Shown: in pieces, positions 1 through 10,233 of the stretch
Position numbering within the stretch: position 1 is the first letter of the stretch
How the letters are laid out: every line of letters begins with the position of its first letter
NCBI GenBank assembly: GCA_963845565.1
Contig: CAWJSJ010000002.1
Span: 2,048,001 to 2,112,000 of the forward strand
Direction of reading: 5' to 3'
Length of the DNA stretch: 64,000 bases
Source of the DNA: an uncultured Methylomirabilota bacterium
Lineage (GTDB): Bacteria; Methylomirabilota; Methylomirabilia; Methylomirabilales; 2-02-FULL-66-22
Position numbers and translations under genes: made by a program
Notes under the pieces: generated by a model
Databases searched by the model: none
What the model was told of the DNA's origin: nothing
What the model saw: the letters and a program-made list of their open reading frames with translations, nothing else

Positions 1-246
1 CACATAGAGCGCGTCCATCCGGACGTGCCCCCGCTGTTCGGTGCAGAGGTTCAGACTTCCGACCAGGACGGCGAGCTGGATGAGGGCGCTGACCTCGTTC
101 CCCCACCGCAGGGGTCTATTGGCGAGGTAGCGCAGCACGACGTCGGTGCTGATGATGAGGATGAGCGCCGGGATCCCAGCGTAGACCCCGACCAAATGGA
201 GCACCCCGGACAGCCGACTCGTGCCGCGGAGCAACAGGGTGCCCAT
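1..246 (-). CDS. dctQ: TRAP transporter small permease (DctQ), runs off the window edge
   Basis: Manual translation from ATG 246: MGTLLLRGTSRLSGVLHLVGVYAGIPALILIISTDVVLRYLANRPLRWGNEVS...GHVRMDALYV. The DVxxRY..P..W..E and HVRMD motifs are typical of DctQ, and it lies downstream of dctP. Not in the ORF track. Confidence 0.85.
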   Translation of the reverse strand, partial: MGTLLLRGTSRLSGVLHLVGVYAGIPALILIISTDVVLRYLANRPLRWGNEVSALIQLAVLVGSLNLCTEQRGHVRMDALYV

Positions 247-336
247 GCGTTTCCGTTCCTCTCCGATATCGGGGCGGAAAATCGAACGCCTGGCCCTGCG
301 ACCGGACCAGGCGTTCGGCGGTATGTGCGCGGTCGC

Positions 337-1479
337 TCAGAAGTCGATGATGCCCTTGACCGGCTCCTCGATGATCAGATTGAAGATCTGGTTGTCGCTC
401 ATTCCGTTGTACTTGGCGGTGAGCCGCTCGATGTCGGCGAGGAGCGCCTTGGTCGGCCCGTCCGCCTCGTGCTTCGCCGCCCACTTGTCCACCAGTGGCT
501 TGAGCGCCGCCTTCCAGCGCGCCATCTCGTCGGGTGCCAGCCTGATCATCTCGACCCTATTCTCGGCGTACTTGGCCTGCGCCTCCTTCTTGAAGTCCAC
601 ACCGATCCGCTTGGCGACGGCGAACGCTATGCGCTGCTGGTAATCGTAGAACGTCTGCTTCAGATCCTTGGGCAACGCCGCAAAGCTCTTGGTGTTGATG
701 CACGTGTCGATCTTCTGGGCGGACAACCCGAGGGTGGTGTGATACTTCGCCAGCTCGTAGATCTTGTAGGGGACGAACCCCGGGTCCACCCACAGGACCG
801 CGTCCACGACCCCCTGCTGGAGCGAGGTGTAGATGTCAGGGAAGGGGACGTTGACGATCACGGCGCCCAGGGCATCGGCCACCTCGGGCTCGAATCCTTG
901 CACGATGACCTTCAGCCCCTTCATGTCCTCGAGCTTCCGGATGGGCTTCTTGCTCATGATGTCCGCCGCGCCCACCAGGACCTGGTAGCCGAAGTGGATG
1001 CCCTGCTTGTCGTATTCGGGCTTGAAATACTTGGGGGCCAGCTCCGACGTGATACGCACGCCGGCCAGGGGGTTGCTGGGCGTCACGAAGGGCAGCTCGA
1101 ACACCTTGCTCAGCGGGAACCCGCGGGCCTCGGACGCCACGAAGCAGGTGGCGTAATCCGAGATGTTGGAGCGGACCGCCTTGAAGCCGTCCCGTGGGCC
1201 GTGCAGCGTTCCGGCGCCAAACTCCTTCAGGGTGAGCTTGTTGTTGGTGGCCTGCTGGAGCCAGGTCATGCCGCTCCGCCAGATGGGCGGCACCAGGGAC
1301 GCCGGCGGGTTCGGGTGCGAGAACTTGAGCTGGATGGGCTCGCCGGCATAGGCGATCTTGGGTTCGGCGGCCGGGATCTTCCGGTTGAACCAGTCATCCA
1401 CCATGTCGGCGGACACCGTCATGGGGGAAAGCGCGCCGCAAAGCAGGAGTACCGCCGCGATCTTTGCAATGAACCTCAT
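337..1479 (-). CDS. dctP: TRAP transporter substrate-binding protein (DctP family)
   Basis: Signal peptide MRFIAKIAAVLLLCGAL; FELPF, KPIRKLEDMKGLKV and YTSLQQGVVDA motifs. Confidence 0.9.
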   Translation of the reverse strand: MRFIAKIAAVLLLCGALSPMTVSADMVDDWFNRKIPAAEPKIAYAGEPIQLKFSHPNPPASLVPPIWRSGMTWLQQATNNKLTLKEFGAGTLHGPRDGFKAVRSNISDYATCFVASEARGFPLSKVFELPFVTPSNPLAGVRITSELAPKYFKPEYDKQGIHFGYQVLVGAADIMSKKPIRKLEDMKGLKVIVQGFEPEVADALGAVIVNVPFPDIYTSLQQGVVDAVLWVDPGFVPYKIYELAKYHTTLGLSAQKIDTCINTKSFAALPKDLKQTFYDYQQRIAFAVAKRIGVDFKKEAQAKYAENRVEMIRLAPDEMARWKAALKPLVDKWAAKHEADGPTKALLADIERLTAKYNGMSDNQIFNLIIEEPVKGIIDF

Positions 1480-1541
1480 GGCTTCCCTCGCTTCTGTGCT
1501 GTGAGTGCGCACACGCAAAGCGCCAGTTGATAGCCGCGTTA

Positions 1542-1640
1542 GGAGCCGTTACGAAATAACCTATACATCTCTTTCTATTTCGTTACGGCTCCTTATGCCG
1601 TTTCGGAATGTCTCCGCTCAACTAATTCTTTGACAACGGC
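1542..1640. mobile_element. MITE family A, two tandem ~50-bp palindromic units
   Basis: TTA-GGAGCCGTTACGAAATA...TATTTCGTTACGGCTCC-TTA-TGCCGTTTCGGAAT...ATTCTTTGACAACGGC. Near-identical reverse complement at 10690-10788. Abuts the OsmC stop codon. Confidence 0.85.
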
Positions 1641-2069
1641 TCAGCGCCCGGCGTCCTTGTGAATCTCGTACGTGGTCCGAAGGGCGATATCCTGCCGCAA
1701 GGAGTGCCAGACCGAGCAGTACTTCTCGTGAGACAACTCGATGGCTCGTTCCACGGCCTCGGGCGGGACATCCCCGGTGACGGTGAAGTGCAGCGTCACC
1801 TCGGTGAAATATTTCGGCTCCTCGCCTCGCCGGTTGCCGACGAGGTGGGCTTGCAGGGCCTTCAGCGGATGGCGACCCTTGGTGAGGATCTGCACCAGAT
1901 CGATACCCATGCAGGCGGCCAGGCTCCCCGCGAGGGCCTGCACCGGTGTGGGGACGGTGTTGCCGGGGCCGTCCATGACGAATTCTGCCGCGTCGGAACG
2001 GGCGGCGAAGCGCATGCCGCCTTGCCAGGTCAGATCAACGACGATCGGGGGTGGGGATGGAGCCGTCAT
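1641..2069 (-). CDS. OsmC/YhfA family protein
   Basis: TPVQALAGSLAACMGID and IELSHEKYCSV carry the two conserved Cys of the OsmC family. Confidence 0.9.
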   Translation of the reverse strand: MTAPSPPPIVVDLTWQGGMRFAARSDAAEFVMDGPGNTVPTPVQALAGSLAACMGIDLVQILTKGRHPLKALQAHLVGNRRGEEPKYFTEVTLHFTVTGDVPPEAVERAIELSHEKYCSVWHSLRQDIALRTTYEIHKDAGR

Positions 2070-2236
2070 CGGGTCACTCCTGCATATCGAGACACGGTTG
2101 AGCTTCAGATTGCGAGGTGGCGTTCGGGGCGCCGTCTCCCGATACGGGGCCGTAGGATGGCCCAGGATCGCCGTGCGTGTCAAGGCCGAAACGGGCGAGG
2201 CCGACTATGGACAAGCTATTTCGCAACGGCGCCTAC

Positions 2237-2484
2237 GTGCCTCTGCCCGCAATCACGGTGACGTATCGCCGGTCCCCCCGGACCGCCCCTCGGACGCCTC
2301 GCCTCGTCGATGCCGGCTCGCCCTTACCCGGGTCGGTCCGCTCAGACGCGGCCCTCCGTGCCGGGGACGGGCTCGCCGGGTACCCATGCGGAGCATGGGT
2401 GTGGCGCGGCGTCTCGGGTCGGCCCGGGGGGACCTGGACTTATGCGGCCACCGTATACGTCATCGAATTTGTCTCCGCGTGTAC
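2237..2484. mobile_element. MITE family B (~250 bp), preceded by a family-A right-end remnant at 2209-2233
   Basis: Near-identical to 49681-49950. Imperfect TIR cores GGTGACGTAT / ATACGTCATC. Ends at the tenA stop codon. Confidence 0.85.
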
Positions 2485-3167
2485 TAGCCTCGCGGCTCGA
2501 CGCGAATCGGCCAGGATTCGCCGTTCCAGCACATCTCCCAGAACAGCCACTCGTACTGGCTGGAGATCTCGAAGATTTCCATCAGGTGTTGCCGCTTTGA
2601 CGGAGTGATTCCTTCGGTCAGCCGGTTCATCTCCGCCTTGAGCCATTCGGCAGCCTGGACGAACTCCGGCGATGTGTACTGGGCGATCCAGTCGGCGTAC
2701 CGTTGGTCGGCCGGCGGCTTGCCTTGGGCAAGGTGCTGGGCGAGGTACACATACCCCCAGGCGCAGGGCAGGAGCGCCGCCACGAGATCGGCCATGTCGC
2801 CGTCGGCGGCGGTGCGGATCAGGAAGTCGGTGTAGGCGCGCGTGGTGGGCCACATCGCCTCCGCCTCGAGCTCCGCCGGCGTGATGCCGAAGCGATGCGC
2901 ATACTCGCGATGGAGCGCCATCTCGGTGTTGAGTGTCAGGTGGAGGACGGCGGCGTACCAGCCCATGGACTCCAACCGGTCGGCCTTGGCGACCGCCCAG
3001 GCAAAGAGTCGGGCGAAGTCCCTCAGGTACAGGTAATCCTGGCGCACCCAGCGACCGAATCGCTCGACCGGAAGGGAACCATCGCCCAGACCGCGCACGA
3101 AGGGATGCGCGAGCTGGGCGTCCCAGATCGGTCTGGCACTCGTGAACAACGCGTCGGTAAAGGCCAT
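2484..3167 (-). CDS. tenA: Thiaminase II / aminopyrimidine aminohydrolase TenA
   Basis: HPFVRGLGDGSL, QDYLYL, LLPCAWGY (catalytic Cys), WIAQY and EWLFWEM motifs. Confidence 0.95.
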   Translation of the reverse strand: MAFTDALFTSARPIWDAQLAHPFVRGLGDGSLPVERFGRWVRQDYLYLRDFARLFAWAVAKADRLESMGWYAAVLHLTLNTEMALHREYAHRFGITPAELEAEAMWPTTRAYTDFLIRTAADGDMADLVAALLPCAWGYVYLAQHLAQGKPPADQRYADWIAQYTSPEFVQAAEWLKAEMNRLTEGITPSKRQHLMEIFEISSQYEWLFWEMCWNGESWPIRVEPRG

Positions 3168-3344
3168 GGCAGCACTCCTGTGCGGCGGGTCGGGAACGGC
3201 GAACCCAACGGATGGACTCTAGGCAAAAGTATGCCGAGTCGTCAAGGACGAATCGCCCCTCGCCGAAGCCCGCATCGCCGGAATCCTTGACGGGCGCCAT
3301 TGCCTGCGATACCGTTCCGCGAACACGTTGTGGGAGGGCGTCAC

Positions 3345-4310
3345 GTGGGCGAGCCGGAATTTGACGTGGTCGGACTCGGGGATGCGATGGTCAGTTTTTC
3401 GCCTCCAGGCCTCCTGCGCCTGGAACAGGCGACCCAGCTGGAAGTGTGGCCCACCGGGGCCGAGGCCAACGCAGCGGTCGCCTTGGCACGCCTCGGGAAG
3501 CGCGTCGGCTGGATCTCCAAGCTGCCCGACCATCCGCTCTCTCGTCTGATCGCGGCAGCAGTCTCGCGGCACGGCGTGGATACCTCCCGAGTCGTCTGGA
3601 CGCCGGACGGGCGGGTGGGGACGCTGTTCTACGAGCGGGCCGTTCCCCCACGACCGCCTCGCGTCTGGTACGATCGGCGAGACTCCGCGTTCACCACACT
3701 GACGTCGTCGGAGCTGGATTGGCCGTACCTCCGGGGTGCCCGGGTTGTCCTGATGGCCGGGACCGCCCCGGCGCTCAGCGCCACGCTGCGCGAGACGACG
3801 CGCCGGGTCGCCCAGGAGGTCCGAACGGCGGGGCGGCTCTTTGCCCTGGACGTGAATTACCGGGCGAAACTCTGGTCCCCGGCGGAGGCGACCGAGTATC
3901 TCACGACGCTGCTGCCCCTCGTCAGCATCCTGTTTTGCGGACGTCGGGACGCCGCGCTGCTCTTCGGCCTGGGGGGCGAGCCCGAGGCGACGGCCCGCGC
4001 GCTCCAGGAACGGTTCGGCGTGCCGACCGTCGTCCTCACGCTGGGATCCGAGGGCGCCATGGCCGTCTCTGATCGGGTCGATCGTGTCTCGCGCGTGCCG
4101 CGGGTAACGGTGGTGGACGCGGTGGGTGCGGGCGACGCCTTTGCCGGGGGGTTCCTGTGCGGATACCTGGAGGGCGGGGTGCAGCGCGGGCTGGACATGG
4201 GCAGCGCCGTGGGGGCGCTGCACTGCACGATCCCGGGCGACTTCGCGTATATCACCCGGGCGGAGGTGGAGGAGTTGCTCGCGTCGGACGACGACGAGAT
4301 CCGGCGGTGA
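3345..4310 (+). CDS. PfkB-family sugar kinase (KdgK-like)
   Basis: GAEANAAVALARLG, LDVNYRAKLWS and VDAVGAGDAFAGG motifs. GTG start after a GGGAGGG SD. Confidence 0.9.
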   Translation: MGEPEFDVVGLGDAMVSFSPPGLLRLEQATQLEVWPTGAEANAAVALARLGKRVGWISKLPDHPLSRLIAAAVSRHGVDTSRVVWTPDGRVGTLFYERAVPPRPPRVWYDRRDSAFTTLTSSELDWPYLRGARVVLMAGTAPALSATLRETTRRVAQEVRTAGRLFALDVNYRAKLWSPAEATEYLTTLLPLVSILFCGRRDAALLFGLGGEPEATARALQERFGVPTVVLTLGSEGAMAVSDRVDRVSRVPRVTVVDAVGAGDAFAGGFLCGYLEGGVQRGLDMGSAVGALHCTIPGDFAYITRAEVEELLASDDDEIRR

Positions 4311-4330
4311 GAGCGGAGATGGGAGAGCTT

Positions 4331-4534
4331 AGAGCCGAGAGCCGAGACGGACGAGCCGCGATGCGAGAGCCGAGTGCCTGGAGCCGAGCCGGACGAGCCG
4401 CGAGCCACGACCTGAGAGCCGCGAGTTGGGGCCTGAAGGGCTGAAGGCGAGGGAGACGACTCGTCAACGGGTCTGCCCCAATTGACCAGTTGCCATTTGA
4501 CGAATCGACTTCCTGAGCGCTGAAAGCTGAAAGC
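4331..4534. repeat. Degenerate heptamer tandem repeats
   Basis: GAGCCGA/GAGCCGC runs at 4331-4425 and GCTGAAA GCTGAAA GC at 4519-4534. Confidence 0.6.
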
Positions 4535-4550
4535 ACGGGAGAGCTTCCTC

Positions 4551-5980
4551 ATGCGTGATCTGTGTTTCACATCTGCGACGGAGCTGACCCGGCTGTACCG
4601 GGCACGAAAGGTGTCGCCCGTCGAGGCGATGGAGGCAATCCTGGGCCAGGTGGACCGGGTCAATCCACACGTGAATGCCATCGTCACGCTGGCGCGAGAG
4701 TCCGCCCAGCGCGCAGCGCGGGCGGCCACGCGGGCGATGTCGCGAAAGGGCGAGCTGCCGCCGCTCTTCGGCGTGCCGGTCACCATCAAGGATCTCACGG
4801 TAACCAAGGGGCTGCGCACCACGTATGGCTCCACGATCTACGCGGATCATGTCCCGGCCGAGGACGCCCTGGTGGTCCAGCGGCTCAAGGCGGCCGGCGC
4901 CATCGTGCTCGGCAAGACCAACACGCCGGAGTTCGGTGCCGGCGCCAACACCTTCAACGCGGTGTTCGGGGCGACACGGAACCCCTGGGATCTGGCGCGG
5001 ACCTGCGGCGGGTCGAGCGGTGGCTCCGCGGTGGCCCTGGCCACGGGGATGGGACCGCTGGCGCACGGGTCGGATCTGGGCGGTTCGCTTCGCATCCCGG
5101 CGGCGTTTTGCGGCGTGGTGGGGTTCCGGACGACGCCGGGGCTGGTGCCCGTCTATCCACGGGAGCTGGCCTGGGATCAATTCTCGGTGCACGGGCCGAT
5201 GGCGCGGACCGTGGCGGACACGGCCTTGATGCTCTCGGCGATCGCGGGGCCGGATGACCGTTCGCCGATCTCGTATCCGGTGGACACCCGGGAGTTCCTG
5301 AAAGCGGTGCGGACACCGTCGGTCAGGGGATGGCGCGTGGGATGGACGCCCGACCTCGACGGACTCATCCCCGTCGATTCCGAGGTGGCTGCCGTGGCGG
5401 AGCAGGGCGTCCGGGTCTTCCGCTCCCTGGGCGCGAGAGTCGAGGCGGCCTCGCCAAGCTTCGCAGAGACGAATGACATCGTGCTGTCCACGCGGGGTCT
5501 CATGATGGCGACGCTCCACGCCGAGAAGCTCCCTCGCTGGCGGGCCCGGATGCAACAGGGATTGGTGTGGAACATCGAGCAGGGCCTCAAGCTCACCCCG
5601 CCGGAGATCGGCCGGGGGAGAAGCTCCGGACGATCCTCTGGCACCGGGTGCGGACCTTCTTCGAGCGGTACGATCTGCTGATCCTACCGACGGTGGCCGT
5701 GAAGCCGTTTCCGGTGGAGCAGCCGTACCCTGCGGAGATCAACGGGCAGGCGCTCACGAACTACACCCAGTGGTTCTTCCTCACCTATGCCATCTCGCTG
5801 ACCGGCTTGCCCGCCATCTCCATCCCCTGCGGCTTCACGCGGGACGGCCTGCCGGTGGGGCTGCAGATTGTCGGCCGACGCCGCCACGAAGCCGCCGTCC
5901 TCCGGGCCGCCGCCGCGTTCGAACGGGCGGCGCCCTGGGCGGACCGGGTTCCGCCGATCGGCGCCGCCCTACCACGTTGA
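4551..5980 (+). CDS. Amidase-signature family amidase, one frameshift near 5615
   Basis: GVPVTIKDL, GKTNTPEFG, GGSSGGSA and GSDLGGSLRIPA motifs. The C-terminus (GLPAISIPCG, GLPVGLQIVG) continues in ORF 5567..5980 after a G-run. Confidence 0.9.
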
Positions 5981-6000
5981 GCGAATGACTGCGGTGCGTT

Positions 6001-6030
6001 TTCGACATTCGAATTTCGAAATTCGAATTT
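6001..6030. repeat. Heptamer tandem repeat
   Basis: TTCGACA TTCGAAT TTCGAAA TTCGAAT. Confidence 0.7.
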
Positions 6031-6189
6031 GCGACTTGTCTGGAATCCTCCGGTTGACGTCCTCGTCTTGACGGCCAATACTCCTGCTACCGTCTGTTTC
6101 GCGTCCGGCGTGCCGGTATTTCCCCTCTCGACGGGAACTGTCAGACGGGCGAGACCTCGGCCGTCACGCCGCCGCCGCCGGAGGTCCGC

Positions 6190-7149
6190 ATGCGTCGTCT
6201 GATCGTCACCCTCGTCCTTGCGCTCACCGCGGCGACGGCCGCCGCCCAGGTCACGGTTCAGGAATACCCCTTGCCTCCCCGTCTCGGCGCACACGACGTC
6301 TGGGCGGACCCCGCGCCGGATGGGCCGGTGTGGTTCTCCGCGCAGCGCAGCGGGCATCTCGGCCGGCTCGACCCGAAGACCGGCAAGGTCGAGTTGATCC
6401 CGCTGGGGCAGAACTCGGCACCCCATGGGGTGATCCTCGACGCCGACGGTGCCCCCTGGCTCACCGACGGCGGCCAGAATGCCATTGTGCGGGTGGACCC
6501 CACGACCAAGGCCGTGACGAGGTGGCCGCTGCCGCAATCGCGCGGGTACGTCAACTTGAATACGGCCATCTTCGATCGGGGCGGAGTTCACTGGTTCACG
6601 GGACAGAATGGAATCTACGGCCGTTTGGATCCGAAGACGGGTGACCTGAAGGTCTTCGACGCGCCCAAGGGACGCGGGCCGTACGGCATCCACGTCACGC
6701 CCGAGGGGGTCGTGTACTACGCCTCGCTGGCCGGCTCGCACATCGCCCGCATCGACGCGGCGACGGACAAGGCCGTGATGATCGAGCCGCCGACGCCCGG
6801 CCAGGGTGCACGCCGTGTCTGGTCCGATTCGGCCGGCGTCGTCTGGGTGAGCGAGTGGAACTCGGGGCAGCTGAGCCGCTACGACCCCCGCACCGGGCAA
6901 TGGCGGCAGTGGAAGGCCCCGGGGGCGCGGCCCAGGGTGTACGCGGTGTACGTCGATGAGCGCGACAAGGTATGGGTCTCGGAATGGGCCGATCAGGTGA
7001 TGCTGCGTTTCGACCAGGCGACGGAGAAGTTCGAGGCGTTCAAGTCGTCGAGCGGCACGGCCGACGTCCGGCAAATTCACGGCCGCCGGGGCGAGATCTG
7101 GACGCCGGAGTCGGCGGCGGACAAGCTGGTGGTTTACCGCTACCGTTGA
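6190..7149 (+). CDS. Secreted Vgb (virginiamycin B lyase)-like beta-propeller protein
   Basis: Signal peptide; repeated blades PHGV..DGAPWLTD, GPYGI..DG.VYY and VWVSEW; GGAGG SD. Confidence 0.85.
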   Translation: MRRLIVTLVLALTAATAAAQVTVQEYPLPPRLGAHDVWADPAPDGPVWFSAQRSGHLGRLDPKTGKVELIPLGQNSAPHGVILDADGAPWLTDGGQNAIVRVDPTTKAVTRWPLPQSRGYVNLNTAIFDRGGVHWFTGQNGIYGRLDPKTGDLKVFDAPKGRGPYGIHVTPEGVVYYASLAGSHIARIDAATDKAVMIEPPTPGQGARRVWSDSAGVVWVSEWNSGQLSRYDPRTGQWRQWKAPGARPRVYAVYVDERDKVWVSEWADQVMLRFDQATEKFEAFKSSSGTADVRQIHGRRGEIWTPESAADKLVVYRYR

Positions 7150-7191
7150 TGCGACTGAGATCTTTCGCCACAAGACACACAAGACACACAA

Positions 7192-7608
7192 GTGTTTCGA
7201 TCACCTGGGATTGCTGGCGCGCGGTGTGGGACGAAACGATCGTGTCCCGGATTGGCGATCGCGCTGCTTGTGATTGTTTCGGGGGGCGCCGCTTGGGCGC
7301 AGGACGGCGCGAGTATCTTCCAGCGCTGCTACGCCTGCCACTCGCTCGAGGTTGCCGAGCGCAACCTCTCCGGCCCGAACCTGCGCGGACTCTTCGGTCG
7401 CCGGGCCGGCGCGCTGGACGCGTTCGAGTATTCCCTCCCGTTGCGAGCGGCCGGCCGGCGCGGGCTCGTCTGGACCGCCGAGACGCTCGACCGGTTTCTG
7501 GAGGACCCCGAGGAACTCGTTCCGGGCGTGCGGATGACCGGTGTGCGGCTGCGCGACGCGGGGGAGCGCCGCGAGCTCATTCGCTGGTTGCAGGGCGCGA
7601 CCCGATGA
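7192..7608 (+). CDS. Class I cytochrome c (c2-like)
   Basis: CYACH heme motif, GPNLRGLFGRRAG, FEYS, WTAETLD and PGVRM axial Met; signal peptide. Start codon uncertain. Confidence 0.9.
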   Translation: MFRSPGIAGARCGTKRSCPGLAIALLVIVSGGAAWAQDGASIFQRCYACHSLEVAERNLSGPNLRGLFGRRAGALDAFEYSLPLRAAGRRGLVWTAETLDRFLEDPEELVPGVRMTGVRLRDAGERRELIRWLQGATR

Positions 7609-7627
7609 GCAGCAGCCCGATCTCAGA

Positions 7628-7669
7628 AGCCCACGGGCGCCCCATCGTTGGATGGGGCGCCCGTGGGCT
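7628..7669. terminator. 19-bp stem hairpin between convergent cytochrome c and nifS genes
   Basis: AGCCCACGGGCGCCCCATC gttg GATGGGGCGCCCGTGGGCT. Confidence 0.6.
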
Positions 7670-7725
7670 GATCGGGACCGCGTAGCGGCCGCGCGGGGAT
7701 TCCGCTGTGGCAGAGCCGCGGGGTG

Positions 7726-8946
7726 TCAGGCTCCCTGCATCATGGCCTCGGCCTCTGGCCGGGGCCGCTCGTGAGCTTGGTCCCAGTACGGGGAGAGCCG
7801 CCGGAGATTGGCGACGATGCGTGGGAACACCTCCAGGGCGTGGTTCACGTCCTCGTCGGTGTTGTACCGACCCAGGGACAGGCGGATGGAGCCATGGACG
7901 GCGCTGAAGGGCACCTGCATGGCGCGAAGGACATGGGACGGCTCCAGCGACCCCGAGGTGCAGGCCGATCCCGAGGAGGCGCAGATGCCGTGCTCGTTGA
8001 GCTGGTAGAGGATCCCTTCCCCTTCGATGAAGTGGATCGAGAGGTTGCAGGTGTTGGGGATGCGAGGCGCGCCCCGACCGTTCACCTCCACGCACGGGAT
8101 GCTCGCGAGAAGCCCCGCCTCCAGCCGATCCCGCAGTTGCCGGATGCGCGCCTCCACCGCCTCGTGATCCGTCTGGGCGAGCTCCACGGCCCGGGTCAGC
8201 GCGGCGATGTACGGCACGTTCTCGGTTCCGGCCCGGCGTCCGCCCTCCTGATGGCCCCCGATCATGAACGGGCGGAGGGGCGTCCCGCGGCGCACGAAGA
8301 GGGCGCCGACGCCTTTGGGCGCGTAGAGCTTGTGGCCCGAGAAGGCCAGCAGGTCGACGTGGGCCAGGGCCCCCCGAAGGTCCAGGGGAAGCTTGCCGGC
8401 GGTCTGGGTGGCATCGGTCAGGAAGAGAATGGCGGGGTCGGTTTCCTTGGTGACGCGCGCCAACTGGTCGATGGGGAAGATGACGCCGGTCTCGTTGTTG
8501 GCGTGCATGACGGCTGCGATCAGGGTGTCCGGCCGGAGCGCCTGGATGAAGGTGCGGAGGTCGAGGTTGCCCGCCCGGTCCACGGGGAGGAACGTCACCT
8601 CCAGACCGCTTCGCGCCAGGTCCTTGCACACCTCGTAGACCGCAGGGTGCTCGACTGCGGTCGTGACCACGTGGCGACGGCCGGGGTTCGCCCGGACCGC
8701 CCCGTAGAGGGCGGTGTTCAGGCTCTCGGTGGCGCAGGACGTGAACAGGATCTCGGAGGGATCGACGCCCCCCAGGAAGCGCGCCAGGGTCTCGCGCCCT
8801 CGTTTGATGGCCTGGGAGGCCGGGGAGGCGCGATCGTAGGCCGAGCTGGGGTTGAAGTACTCGGCAGTGAAGTATGCCTCCATGGCCGCGCGGACTTCCG
8901 GAGCGACGGGGGTCGTGGCATTGTTGTCCAGATAGACGGTTCGCAT
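7726..8946 (-). CDS. nifS: Cysteine desulfurase (NifS/IscS type)
   Basis: YLDNNATT, FSGHKLYAPKG (PLP Lys) and SSGSACTSGSLEPSHVL; directly downstream of nifU. Confidence 0.93.
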   Translation of the reverse strand: MRTVYLDNNATTPVAPEVRAAMEAYFTAEYFNPSSAYDRASPASQAIKRGRETLARFLGGVDPSEILFTSCATESLNTALYGAVRANPGRRHVVTTAVEHPAVYEVCKDLARSGLEVTFLPVDRAGNLDLRTFIQALRPDTLIAAVMHANNETGVIFPIDQLARVTKETDPAILFLTDATQTAGKLPLDLRGALAHVDLLAFSGHKLYAPKGVGALFVRRGTPLRPFMIGGHQEGGRRAGTENVPYIAALTRAVELAQTDHEAVEARIRQLRDRLEAGLLASIPCVEVNGRGAPRIPNTCNLSIHFIEGEGILYQLNEHGICASSGSACTSGSLEPSHVLRAMQVPFSAVHGSIRLSLGRYNTDEDVNHALEVFPRIVANLRRLSPYWDQAHERPRPEAEAMMQGA

Positions 8947-8956
8947 GGGTGGCCTC

Positions 8957-9918
8957 TCAGACGGCGATGATCCGGATCCGGTCGTCCACCATCTCCTTCA
9001 GGCTACGCTCGACCATCAGCTTCAGCGTCATGCCGGCACCGCCGCATCCCGCGCACGCCCCGACCAGGCGGCAGTAGACCACGTTGTCCTTGATGTCGAC
9101 GATCTCGACGTCGCCGCCGTCCTTCGCCAGCATCGGCCGGACGTACTCGTCCAGGGCCTTCTCCACCTGCTTGTTGAATTGATACGGCGAGAGCGGGGGA
9201 CGACCGGCGACCGCCGCCTCGCGCGGGTCCGGGGGCGTGGGGCGGATCTTGAGGGTGAGGGGCTGCGCACCCCACACCTCGTTCAGGAGGTCCTGCAGCC
9301 CGCCCGGCTTGTGGTGGCAGGACATGCACGCACCACCCGCCTTGATGGCGCCGGTGATCTCGGTGATGGTCTTCAGTCCCAATTCCCGGATCTTGCGCTT
9401 GAGGTAGGGCTCGGTGAGTCCGAAACACTGGCAGACGAGTCCGGCCCTCCTCTTTCTCCTCGGCGTGCATGTCGACGCCCAGCGCCGAGAGATCCACTCC
9501 CCGTTTCTGGGCCCAGTTGAAGACCGCCGCCTCCAGCGCCTCCGCGCCCATCACGGAGCAGTGGATCTTCTGATCGGGCAGCCCGCCAAGGTACGCGACG
9601 ATGTCGCGGTTGGTGATCTTGAGGGCGCCGATCGGGGTGATAGGTTCCCTGCTCGATCAGCGTGCAGAGCGCCTCGGAGGAGGCGATGGCCGACGTGCAG
9701 CCGAAGGTGAGGTAGCGCGCCTCGGTGATGACGTCCTGCAGCGGGTCGGTGGCGTGCCGGCGGACGCGAAACGTGAATCGGAGCGCGTCGCCGCACGCGA
9801 TGGAGCCGTGCTCGCCGATGCCGTCCGGCTGCTCGATCTCGCCCATGTGGGTCCCGGGCTTGCCGTGGACCGCGTCCATGAAGATTTGCTTGGTCTTCTC
9901 GCTGTATTCCCAAGCCAT
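8957..9918 (-). CDS. nifU: Three-domain NifU Fe-S scaffold, two frameshifts (~9640 and ~9440)
   Basis: IscU domain ([27 protein letters not shown]), BFD-like domain (VCQCFG...AGGACMSC) and NifU C-domain (DGGDVE..GACAGC), spread over ORFs 9373..10023, 9003..9554 and 8957..9382. Confidence 0.88.
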
Positions 9919-10233
9919 GGAGTCCCCCGTCGGTTTGTTTCCGTGCGATTTCCGGTGTTGTCTGACGCCGCCGCCGAGCCGCTGTGCCGTCCGAGGATCG
10001 CTCGCCGGCCGTTCTCTTGTCAACGCAAAGCCGTCAAAGGTCAGGAAAACGGCACCACGGGTCCGATGCGCCGGAGGCGCGTGGCAGGCGGTTTGTTCTT
10101 GACGAAGCGGGGGGCCCGCGGTATCCAGATGGCGGATCGTCGGCGCGGTCTGCGCCGGGCCGGGCCGCGGTGTACCGCGGCCCGGCCCCGGTGCCCACGA
10201 TATGCGGCAAACAGGGGATCGGGAGGTGTGACG

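Noticed and set aside
3168..3300. TPP riboswitch upstream of tenA
   Set aside because: No CTGAGA or ACCTGA core elements were found; only a plausible TTGACG-18-TAGAGT promoter.
4310..4540. CRISPR array
   Set aside because: The units are about 7 nt and degenerate, with no constant repeat-spacer structure and no cas genes.
6190..7149. Streptogramin resistance gene vgb
   Set aside because: It shares only the fold. The signal peptide and gene context give no support for a resistance role.
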